From assembly GCA_944388565.1 (NCBI GenBank), contig CALXJG010000003.1, positions 409 to 64,408 of the forward strand: a stretch of DNA of 64,000 nt, given 5' to 3'. Positions 9,701 through 17,381 of this stretch are shown piece by piece (positions within the stretch are counted from its first letter, which is position 1; each line of letters opens with the position of its first letter). This DNA comes from an uncultured Clostridia bacterium. GTDB lineage: Bacteria > Bacillota > Clostridia > TANB77 > CAG-465. The notes beneath the pieces are model-generated. The model worked only from the letters and a program-made list of their open reading frames with translations. It had not been told where the DNA came from and searched no databases. The position numbers and the translations under genes are program-made.

Positions 9701-12700
9701 ATTTTTCAAAAGGCACATAATATATTCCACCATGTTCAAATTCGTCTGATATAACTGCTTTTATATGATTACCATATTGTGCTGTTGGTTCGTTTCCTAA
9801 TGTAATACTAGCTTTCGAACCTATTGAACTCTGACTACCATATCTACTTAACATTGTTGTTGCAGTCCAAATATCTTCTAAATAGTTTTTATCAAATGTT
9901 ACTGTATATTTTTCTTTTATACTATCAATAACAATTTCTTTTTTAGCTATTTTTCCTACTAAGTTCTTTACATAGTAATAATATGTTCCATTTTCTGTTA
10001 CTTCAAAGGTTTCTGTTGTTGTCTTTTGTGGTTCTTCATATACTGTCCAGCCTTCTGTTGTAGCTTCTGTTATATTAGCATCTTTTGTAAACATATAGCT
10101 TCCTATATAACCTTCATTTTCTTTTGCTACTGCTTCTATAGTAGATACTCCATCTTCACTTGATACTTCTTCTAGTTTCTCTATTATTGGCTCTGTCCTA
10201 TCTATATAATTTATATTTACTTCTTCTTTTATTATATTTCCTGCTACATCTTTTATATATAGATAATATGTATTGTTCTCTGATACTGTAATCTCAAAGC
10301 TTTGCTCTTGTGTATTTGCTTCTAATGCTTGCCATCCTTCTGTATCTGCTGTTACATTTGCATCTGTACTTAACATATATCCTGATAATCCTGATAATTC
10401 ATCTATTGCTTTTATTGTTAGTACTACATCTTTATCTGTCCAATATAGCGTACTATAATTTAATTCTCTTAATATTGGGTTATCCTTATCTATGTTTGTT
10501 ATTGTTGCTGTTTTTGCCTCACTTATTTGGTTTACTTCATCTCTATATCTTGCATATACTGTTTTGTTTTCACTTATTTTTATTTCATATATTTGTGTAT
10601 TTTCAGTTTCACTTGTTGGAGTTATATCATTCCATATTTGTCCATCTTGACTAAATTGCCCTATAAGTCCATTTATTTTATTATATGTTACTCTTACTAG
10701 TACATCTTCATTTGTCCATGTTGATGGAATTATTTCTATTGTTATATTCCCTTCTGCTGGTTGCATTTCTTCTGTGGTTATTGTTGCTACTTGTGACTCT
10801 GATTCATTTCCTGCCATATCTGTTACTTTTGTTTTTACATCATATTTTTTCCCACTTACTATTCCTAAGAATTCATATGTTAAACTTTTTGCATCTATCC
10901 ATTCTCCCCATGTATCACTTTCACTTTCTTTTATTGCATATTTTATACTTTCTTCATTTATTCCACTATTTGCATCTGTTTGTTTTAATGTTGCCTTTAT
11001 TATATATGTTGTTGACTCTAACACTGGGGCATCTGTTGTTGGTGGTGTATTATCTATTTCATATACCTCTGAAACTACTACTACCTTATTTCCTGCTTTA
11101 TCTTTTACTCTTATTTGTAAATATACATCTTCTGTTGTATTATTTCTTGTTAATGTTCCTCCATTTTCTACTGTTGCTGCATTATCCCATGTAGTATCAT
11201 CTTCACTTATCTTTTCTTTTGATAATACCCATTGATATTTTATTTCATCTATTCCACTCATTCCATATTCTGCATTTGCTTCTACATCTAATGCTTGTAC
11301 ATTTACTTCTACTTCTTTTGTATTTATCTTTCCATTTGGTTCTATTGTTATTTCTTGTGGTATTAATTTATCTATATTTCCTATGTCAATGCTTGCTGTT
11401 ACTTTATTTCCTGCTGCATCTGTTGCTTCCGCATATACTGTTGCATTCTTTTCTACTACAATCTCTGTAGCATTTGGAGTTGTTAATCCTCCAATTCCTG
11501 CTATTTGATTATATTTTAGATTTGCTCCATATGTTATTTTTACTGTTACATTTTGATTTGTCCATCCTGTAATATCTGGTGTCAATGTTATTTTATTTGC
11601 ATCACTTACTTCATCATTTACTACAAATGCTTGTGATTTTATTGGATCTGGTGATGTTATGTTTCCTGCATTATCTTGAGCTTTTACATATAAATACCAT
11701 GTTCCTTTAGTTGCATCTTCAAATGTTAACTCTGCTCCACTTCCAAAGTTTTCATAGCCTGTAGTTGGAGCACTTTCACTTGTGCTCCATACATACATCA
11801 AGCTATCAGTTTTTATTCCACTTTCTCCTATATCATTTACTGTTACTGTTGCTTTTAATGTTGCTTTTTCTCCTCCTGTTGGTAATACATATTCGCCTCC
11901 ATTTGGTTCTATTACTACTGTTGGTGCTACTTTATCTATATTATTTATGTTTATACTTTCTTTCTTTATATTTCCAGCTACATCTTTTACATATATATAA
12001 TATAGTCCATTTTCTCTTACTTCTACTTTTCTACTTATTTCTTCAGTTGTTCTATCAATAGTCTCCCATCCATTAGAATTTACATCCAAATTTCCATTTT
12101 GGCTTATCATGTATCCATTTATTCCACTTAAGTTATCTTGCATTACTATTGTTATTTCTACATTCTCATTTGTTTGCTCTGTTTTTGATGGATTTATTTG
12201 TTTTATTTCTGGTAAAGCTTTATCTATATTTGTTATTGTTATACTTCTTATTTTACCTGTTTGTCCATTTACATCTTTATATCTTACATATATTGTTCTA
12301 TTTTCTCCTACATATTCAACTTGGACATTTGATTTTCCTTCTTCTGTTACATCTTTAAAGCTTATTCCATCCTCACTATATTGACCTATTAATCCTGGTA
12401 CTGCTGGGAATGTCATTGTTAGTTTTACATTTTGATTTGTCCATCCTGTTGGTTCTATCTCTACTTTTATATCTTCTTCTGTTGTTATTTCACTTACATC
12501 TCTTACTTCACTATATTCTTTTATATTTCCTGCTATATCTTCTATTTCTACTCTTATTTCATATTCTACGCCTTGTAGTAATCCTTCATATTCATAGCTT
12601 ATATCTTCTTCTATACCTTCTTTTGTTTCTTTTAATACTCCGTCTAAATAAAATTTATAACTCTTTATTCCACTTAAATTATCTACTGCGTTTCTTATAT

Positions 12701-13712
12701 CTACTACTATACTATTTGTTGTTGATGACGCTGTTATATTTCCTGTTGGTGCTTCTTTATCTATATTTATTTTATGTATTTCAGTCTTTGTATTTGTTCC
12801 ATCTGTTGTTTTTACTATTAATTCTGTTTTTCCTTGTCCACTTATTGTAGTTTCTCCTGTTTGCTCTTGTGAAGTATTTGCTCCTGTTAATTCATATGTT
12901 GTTTGTCCTGTTTCACTTTGATGTATAGCGATATATATATCTTTGTTTGTCCATGTTTCTTCTTCATATATATCTCCTGCTTTATTTCCTTCTCTTATCT
13001 CTACTGTTCCAAGTAATAGTTCTTTTGTTACTAATCTTTCTACTCCTGACTCTTTTTTACTATTTCCACTTGAAGCTTCTACCTTAACTTCATATGTTGT
13101 ATTTTCAGTCATCCCTTTTATTTGGTATATTGTTTCATATGATACTTCACTTTGCCATGTAGCTCCATTATCTTTACTATACTTATATGTGTACTTTACT
13201 CCTGGCTTTTCTTCAATTCCTATTTCTATCCTTGCACCATTTGTTGTTACATTACTTACAAAGATTCCCTCTATATCTGGTATTTCTACATTTCCTGGTA
13301 TTATATATCCCATCTCTATTGCTAGTTCTTTTACATGTTCATCATCACCAGCATATATCATACCATCCTTACTTGCTATAAATCCCATCTGTGCATATTC
13401 TTCTGGTACTATATCTGCGAAATCTTCTTCTGTTATTTTACTTTTATCTCCTAGTTTATCATGCATTAAATCTGATAGTCTGGCTTCTTGGCTATTTAAC
13501 ATTGCCATCATATCCGATTTCATTACCACATCATTTGCATTATCAAAAAGATCTTGATTTATTACCATTGTTATTACTGCTGTTGCCAGTATTAACATTA
13601 TTATTAATATTATTATTAAAATTAATAAGCTAATTCCTTTATTTCCTTTTGCGTTATTTCCGTTCCTTTCTTTTTGTAAATTATTACTTCTCCCAAATGT
13701 TTTTCTAATCAT
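6771..13712 (-). CDS. Giant (2313 aa) multidomain cell-surface protein with N-terminal TM anchor, Fn3/Ig-like repeats, a CBM-like module, Listeria-Bacteroides (Flg_new) repeats and C-terminal SH3b
   Basis: Uninterrupted ORF with RBS GGGAGG. Recurrent D(V/I/T)AGN...IDK..P Ig-like modules. GY(T/N)F.GW...LYA.W repeats are typical of Listeria-Bacteroides repeats. The C-terminus GKVTATGNSLNIRKGPGAGY...GWVSSEYI is SH3b-like. Confidence 0.85.
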   Translation of the reverse strand: MIRKTFGRSNNLQKERNGNNAKGNKGISLLILIIILIIMLILATAVITMVINQDLFDNANDVVMKSDMMAMLNSQEARLSDLMHDKLGDKSKITEEDFADIVPEEYAQMGFIASKDGMIYAGDDEHVKELAIEMGYIIPGNVEIPDIEGIFVSNVTTNGARIEIGIEEKPGVKYTYKYSKDNGATWQSEVSYETIYQIKGMTENTTYEVKVEASSGNSKKESGVERLVTKELLLGTVEIREGNKAGDIYEEETWTNKDIYIAIHQSETGQTTYELTGANTSQEQTGETTISGQGKTELIVKTTDGTNTKTEIHKINIDKEAPTGNITASSTTNSIVVDIRNAVDNLSGIKSYKFYLDGVLKETKEGIEEDISYEYEGLLQGVEYEIRVEIEDIAGNIKEYSEVRDVSEITTEEDIKVEIEPTGWTNQNVKLTMTFPAVPGLIGQYSEDGISFKDVTEEGKSNVQVEYVGENRTIYVRYKDVNGQTGKIRSITITNIDKALPEIKQINPSKTEQTNENVEITIVMQDNLSGINGYMISQNGNLDVNSNGWETIDRTTEEISRKVEVRENGLYYIYVKDVAGNIKKESININNIDKVAPTVVIEPNGGEYVLPTGGEKATLKATVTVNDIGESGIKTDSLMYVWSTSESAPTTGYENFGSGAELTFEDATKGTWYLYVKAQDNAGNITSPDPIKSQAFVVNDEVSDANKITLTPDITGWTNQNVTVKITYGANLKYNQIAGIGGLTTPNATEIVVEKNATVYAEATDAAGNKVTASIDIGNIDKLIPQEITIEPNGKINTKEVEVNVQALDVEANAEYGMSGIDEIKYQWVLSKEKISEDDTTWDNAATVENGGTLTRNNTTEDVYLQIRVKDKAGNKVVVVSEVYEIDNTPPTTDAPVLESTTYIIKATLKQTDANSGINEESIKYAIKESESDTWGEWIDAKSLTYEFLGIVSGKKYDVKTKVTDMAGNESESQVATITTEEMQPAEGNITIEIIPSTWTNEDVLVRVTYNKINGLIGQFSQDGQIWNDITPTSETENTQIYEIKISENKTVYARYRDEVNQISEAKTATITNIDKDNPILRELNYSTLYWTDKDVVLTIKAIDELSGLSGYMLSTDANVTADTEGWQALEANTQEQSFEITVSENNTYYLYIKDVAGNIIKEEVNINYIDRTEPIIEKLEEVSSEDGVSTIEAVAKENEGYIGSYMFTKDANITEATTEGWTVYEEPQKTTTETFEVTENGTYYYYVKNLVGKIAKKEIVIDSIKEKYTVTFDKNYLEDIWTATTMLSRYGSQSSIGSKASITLGNEPTAQYGNHIKAVISDEFEHGGIYYVPFEKLTDGKTYTWSVYVKASSNKTGVFIGSEQGGWISNQTLTTEWKKYTHTFTAKTDENGYYSFVVYLNGDDKWNAGDELYIHSLELMEGTPTNTTQEYKAGDEYGTLPVLTRAGYNFDGWYTEPVGGTKVEETSIMPDRDITLYGRWRNYQHTVAYDANGGTGAPEPQIKSYGTSFYISSVKPVREGYTFKNWNTKADGTGTSYDSGAYYSRDQNGGTVTLYAQWEQTTFKITYNLDGGTDPGNPKEYTAKTNDFTLKNPTKTGYTFNGWVESQDGLSSQAVIINMNGNVSMTESNGVYTMTQNISGNEFNSVKIQLWDLNLNYITDITHHTTPGTYNVAYTSSLETGTYYISISANGTTRDSQRLCYRVNLEKGRTYNVGFTIDSFSSTKAVVSKFKFYRQGGNVTSIPVNIIQKGDTGNKTFTANWTPNKYKITLNNQSATSAGTTAVWYYYNTTKVINGATVYYYQNEAATIPLTNGHTITKPSRTGYTFGGYYTGQNGTGTQYVNADGIFVNNIYMTTGNRTLYAYWTPNKYKITLNNQSATSAGTTAVWYYYNTTKVINGATVYYYQNEAATIPLTNGHTITKPSRTGYTFGGYYTGQNGTGTQYVNADGIFVNNIYTTTGNRTLYAYWKKNNYYLDLNLGLDGASYTGSRIKVNLTVGGSNKGYISDYWTVHPYGTSWSINGLQIDGVNLSYTASGTVGASTTYIPINFYTLTIARNNTSYGTTSASSVIVKDGTSYWTSGATLTLGDGRKVTASPTAATGYSTSFSSWSPSSAMISGGARTVTANFSRTGNTYYVAYNGNGNTGGSTATSTHRYGTASALRANGFVKNYTMSYGSKTLRWTFKNWNRNSAGTSTSYSNGQSVTNLATSGTVTLYAQWTLNKTGKVTATGNSLNIRKGPGAGYSNIGVNYDGYNRFAKTNATATITNCAYVNYGSSGVLWVYITVPTVYTKNNVDYEDGTRSGWVSSEYINLN
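7809..8426. repeat. Near-perfect tandem duplication, 2 x 309 nt, inside the giant ORF
   Basis: 7809-8117 and 8118-8426 differ at only 4 positions, all within the first ~40 nt. Each copy encodes a 103-aa unit, WTPNKYKITLNNQSATSAG...GNRTLYAY. Confidence 0.95.
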
Positions 13713-13807
13713 ATATTAGCCTCCCACAAAATACTATCATTCGTTTTAAATTATATCATCTTTTTATATAAATTTTCAATAGTTTTTTAAGAAAAAATGC
13801 ACAAAAA

Positions 13808-13830
13808 ATACGGGCTAATTTTACCCGTAT
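13808..13830 (-). terminator. Intrinsic terminator upstream of the giant-gene promoter
   Basis: atacggg-ctaatttta-cccgtat hairpin, followed on the minus strand by TTTTTTGTGCATTTTTT. Confidence 0.55.
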
Positions 13831-13844
13831 TATGACACACAGTA

Positions 13845-14095
13845 TTTCATATTATTTTCCAGAAAAACCTCTTTGGTTTTACTATATAATTGTCCAGCTA
13901 GTGTTTTATTGTGTACTAAAACTATTGTTAGCTTTTGTACTTGCTAAATAATATTTTACATAGTAAAAGTTCTTCCATAACCTGTAACTCCAAGTAAAGT
14001 CTGGTATTTCTTTCCTTCTTTTATTCCATTAGACAAGTATTCTACTCTCTTAGGTGGCCACCTGCTGGCTTGTAATCCGATACTAATTGGAACAT
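13845..14095 (-). pseudogene. uvrB: uvrB 5' fragment, copy A (decayed)
   Basis: Minus-strand reading gives [12 protein letters not shown]..., [68 protein letters not shown]. This is the UvrB N-terminus including the Walker A region, interrupted by stops and a frameshift. Confidence 0.8.
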
Positions 14096-14119
14096 TATTG
14101 CTCTACTTTTTAACTTCTT

Positions 14120-14693
14120 TTTTTGCAAACTGCTTATTTATATTCTCATCATTGATTATTATAGTTTTAATTATTCCCATTCCTTTTTTATAAGATGTTT
14201 CAATTACTTCTAATGTTTTTCTTATGCACAAATTTGGTCATAAACTTTTTTAAAATCTCATATTTTATAACCTCACAATTCTCCAATCCTTTAACATGCT
14301 CTCTATCAATAAACTTTTTTAAAGGATATTCTTATTTTTGTATTTCTTTATTAATTCATCTAAGAATTCATATATCCTATTACAAAATTTTTTCATAGGC
14401 TCTATACCATAAAAATCTACGTTTTTATTATAATTCCATATATCATTTACTTCTGTATTAATCTCTTTTAATTTTTTTCTATCTTCTTTGGTTATACCTT
14501 CACTCTTACCAAATCCTATTTTCATTAATCTATTGTCTTGTATAATAGTAACCATAAACTTCTTATTAATAATTTCAGTCGTTTCTTTTGCCTAACTTCT
14601 CCCTGTTTTATTTAATTCTACATCAGTTTATATTTGAAATTTACCAAGAACATTCCAGTCGGTTTGTACATGTCTAGTTACTATAATTTTCAT
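14120..14693 (-). pseudogene. Histidine phosphatase (phosphoglycerate mutase-like) family pseudogene
   Basis: From the ATG at 14691-14693: MKIIVTRHVQTDWNVLGKFQI*TDVELNKTGRS*AKETTEII... carries the RH.QT.WN signature with in-frame stops. The track ORF 14319-14555 is an internal piece of it. The 3' limit is approximate. Confidence 0.7.
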
Positions 14694-14762
14694 ATAATAT
14701 TTCTCACTTGCACATAAAGCAATTCATAAGCACCAATTTTATACTTGAATATTATAATACAT

Positions 14763-16061
14763 TTATTTAAGTACATTCCAGTGTCCATTTTTATTTGCTC
14801 CTATACGTTTAATATACTCTTTATTCTTTAAGGAACGCAAAATTTTATTAATATAGGATTCACTATAATTAGTTAATTTCATAAAATCACTAGTTTTATA
14901 AGTATTATTATCTTTTATTAAAGATAATATTTTGATTTCTGATTCATTTAGATCTAAATATATACTTTCCACGTTAATGCCATCCAATAATTTTTTGTTA
15001 AGTGGTAAAGTAACAATCACAGTGTGCTCACTAATATAAAAAGCTTTCTTTCCATAATTTTTAACTATCAGTGGAATACCATGCCCGGTTTGATCGATAT
15101 AATCTAAATCCGAGAAAATTTTCAACAGCTTTTTATTAATAGGTTTTGAAACTCCTGCAAAAAAGTCTTCTTTTGTTAATGCTGATGGTAAGCCTCCATT
15201 TGATACAATTTCTATTCTATCATCATATATATAAACAGCAGGTGGAATTTCTTCAGACCACTTTGTGTGGATACAAGCATTTAGCCATGCTTCTTTAAAA
15301 GAACTAAAATCAAAGTATTTTTCTTCTTTTCTTTGAATTCCTCCAACTTTTACTTTTGTTTCATTTATGCTTTCCATATATTCTAAAACATTATTAACAG
15401 ATAACAACAAACATTTTCCACCATATTCAGTTCTTTTCAACATTACTGCTTTGTCTAATCCCGCAAAAGTCACTACTTTAATAGATATATCATTAGAGTC
15501 TGCTAACAACTCAGCCATAAAATTATATTTACCATCATTTGTCTTTAATCCTAAATTATCCTCAAATTTTTCATTATTAATTCTAATATCGTTCGATATA
15601 TATAATCCTTTTAACATCTTAAATGTTAGATTTTGATTAGATGCTAATTTATTAACTATATAATCTGGTTCTCCCTCTCTATTTATTAATGCTTTTAACA
15701 TTTCTGGAGAAAGTCCTCTATCCTCATCGAATGATCTACTATAATATTTTCCAAATGCTGAATATGGAATATCATTTCCCTTTGCAAACACTTTAATAAC
15801 CTTTTTGTCTCCTATCAATTCTAATGCTATATTAGGAATTATTTGCGGTTTTATGCCTTCAGCTATCTTTCTTGATATATCTCTTAAAGTATTTTCATTT
15901 AAATCTTTTTGTCCTATTACGTCTCCATTGTTTTTTACTCCAAAATATACTGTTCCTTCTCCATGTTTATTCAACATAGCTGATAATGATATTACTCCTT
16001 CAATAATTTCGCTTGTACTCTTTTTAAATTCTACTTTTTCTGTTTCCATTCCTAAATTCAT
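14763..16061 (-). CDS. AlbA_2 (Schlafen-like) DNA-binding domain protein with C-terminal winged-HTH; often mis-annotated as RecG-like
   Basis: 432 aa. The N-terminus ETEKVEFKKS....GEGTVYFGVKNNGDVIG is typical of AlbA_2/divergent AAA-4 proteins. The C-terminal IKRIGANKNGHWNVLK is a wHTH module. Confidence 0.6.
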   Translation of the reverse strand: MNLGMETEKVEFKKSTSEIIEGVISLSAMLNKHGEGTVYFGVKNNGDVIGQKDLNENTLRDISRKIAEGIKPQIIPNIALELIGDKKVIKVFAKGNDIPYSAFGKYYSRSFDEDRGLSPEMLKALINREGEPDYIVNKLASNQNLTFKMLKGLYISNDIRINNEKFEDNLGLKTNDGKYNFMAELLADSNDISIKVVTFAGLDKAVMLKRTEYGGKCLLLSVNNVLEYMESINETKVKVGGIQRKEEKYFDFSSFKEAWLNACIHTKWSEEIPPAVYIYDDRIEIVSNGGLPSALTKEDFFAGVSKPINKKLLKIFSDLDYIDQTGHGIPLIVKNYGKKAFYISEHTVIVTLPLNKKLLDGINVESIYLDLNESEIKILSLIKDNNTYKTSDFMKLTNYSESYINKILRSLKNKEYIKRIGANKNGHWNVLK

Positions 16062-16090
16062 ATTTTCCCTCCGAAGTATAAAATAATTTT

Positions 16091-16146
16091 ACTTTATTCT
16101 ATACTTTATTCTGTACTTTATTATATACTTTATTCTATACTTTGTC
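16091..16146. repeat. 12-nt tandem repeat, ~4.6 copies, upstream of the AlbA_2 ORF
   Basis: actttattctat / actttattctgt / actttattatat / actttattctat / actttgtc, beginning 30 nt upstream of the start codon at 16061. Confidence 0.9.
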
Positions 16147-16307
16147 AAATTTTTTAATGAAATTATGTTATCTTACACGAATTGGGGCATATTTTCTGTT
16201 TGTTTAGCTTTATTTTGTTTTTTTAGGCTTATTTAGTCATTTTTTTAGTAAATTAAATAAAACTAAAAGGGATTAGAAGTGGCTATTTAAAGCTATTTGT
16301 GTAGTTA

Positions 16308-16589
16308 GTCATTCTAACTAACAAAGTATTTCACATTATTTTCTGGAAAAACCTCTTTAATTTTACTATATAATTGTCCTGCTAATGTTTTATTTTATAC
16401 TAAAACTATTGTTAGCTTTTGTACTTGCTAAATAATATTTGACATAGTAAAAGTTTTTCCAGAAACTGTAACTCCAAGTAAAGTCTGGTATTTCTTTCCT
16501 TCTTTTATTCCATTAGATAAGTATTCTACTCCCCTATGTGGTCACCTGTTGGTTTGTAATATGACACTAGTTTGAACATATTTTCTAGT
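16308..16589 (-). pseudogene. uvrB: uvrB 5' fragment, copy B (decayed)
   Basis: Minus-strand reading gives [14 protein letters not shown]..., [70 protein letters not shown]. It is a direct repeat of copy A. Confidence 0.8.
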
Positions 16590-16754
16590 ACATATTATTT
16601 ATATCATATTTTAATTAAAAAATATATTTAAAGATAACATCTGACTAATACTATCCCATTACAATTTTTACACATTATAAAATTACAACATACTTTTTTA
16701 GAAATTCATTTTTTGACTTCTATTATATGTTTCTAGTGCTTTAGTTTGAATTTC

Positions 16755-17088
16755 TTATATATGCTTATTGCAAAAGTGATATTGACTAATTAGAATTTGC
16801 TTATATTTTTCACTTTCTTTATTTATATCAAAATTTATAAGTTCAGTATCATCTACTTGAATCATATTATTAAAACCTAACATACCATATTTATCATCGT
16901 ACATTTTAAATATAAATATATTATTTTTTAGTTTTTGGTGTGCTAGTCTTGGATTGTTCTAGTGGTACAAAATAATTAAAGCCATTTACTTTCAATATAA
17001 TTCCTAAATATGCTCTTTTTTCAGTATATTCATCTTCTACTACCATAACTTTAAATTCTTTTGAGTAGGTTTTTCTCTTATTTCCCAT
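16755..17088 (-). pseudogene. ToxN/AbiQ-family (type III) toxin pseudogene
   Basis: Frame 1 gives MGNKRK...RAYLGIILKVNGFNYFVPLEQSKTSTPKTKK*. A shifted frame continues IFIFKMYDDKYGMLGFNNMIQVDDTELINFDINKESEKYKQILISQYHFCNKHI*. This is collinear with the intact toxin at 40696-41136 (FIGILFKIENCEYFAPLSSPKPKH, LGAVNFNNMIPV, EQKYQKMLIEQLDWLNAHY). It is frameshifted and 3'-truncated. Confidence 0.65.
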
Positions 17089-17096
17089 AAAAATAC

Positions 17097-17143
17097 CCCC
17101 TTAAAGTATACACCTCTTTTTTATTAGTGTCTACTTTAAGGGG
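17097..17143 (-). terminator. 17-bp hairpin directly upstream of the ToxN pseudogene start
   Basis: ccccttaaagtatacac / gtgtctactttaagggg with one mismatch. On the minus strand a TATTTTT tract follows, then the ATG at 17088. Confidence 0.6.
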
Positions 17144-17381
17144 TAGAGTTCAAACTTTCGCTCCTACTCTTTTAAATATCCTATTTTATGCCATTAATAA
17201 CAAGCAGCTAAGAATTTTCTCTTTGCACATTCCCTACTTCAATACTATTTGCTAATATTAGGCTAGGGATTTCCTTATATAATATTTTGTATATTACTAT
17301 ATTATTTTCATTTCTTTTTTATAATTTCTAATATATCTTTTAACTTTCTAGTAATAATTGTGCTTGTGATTAGTCATATTT

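Noticed and set aside
10273-13633. Many plus-strand ORFs (for example 10310-10654, 10685-11194, 11765-12061, 12410-12850, 12943-13557) antisense to the giant gene.
   Set aside because: Their translations are low-complexity Leu/Phe/His/Tyr strings. These arise from the T-rich antisense of an AT-rich, Thr/Asn/Glu-rich coding strand. They lack RBSs and lie entirely inside a clearly coding 6.9-kb ORF.
13560-13712. Possible type IV prepilin-like signal at the N-terminus of the giant protein (NKG/ISLLILIIILII).
   Set aside because: There is no Glu at +5 and no G-F/M-T/S-L-I-E consensus. No pilus assembly genes are nearby. I treat it as a plain TM anchor or signal.
17144-17380. Possible eroded antitoxin repeat units upstream of the ToxN pseudogene (tcctactc... 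/ ccctacttc...).
   Set aside because: The similarity is too weak and irregular to assert by eye. I report only that a clean array is absent.
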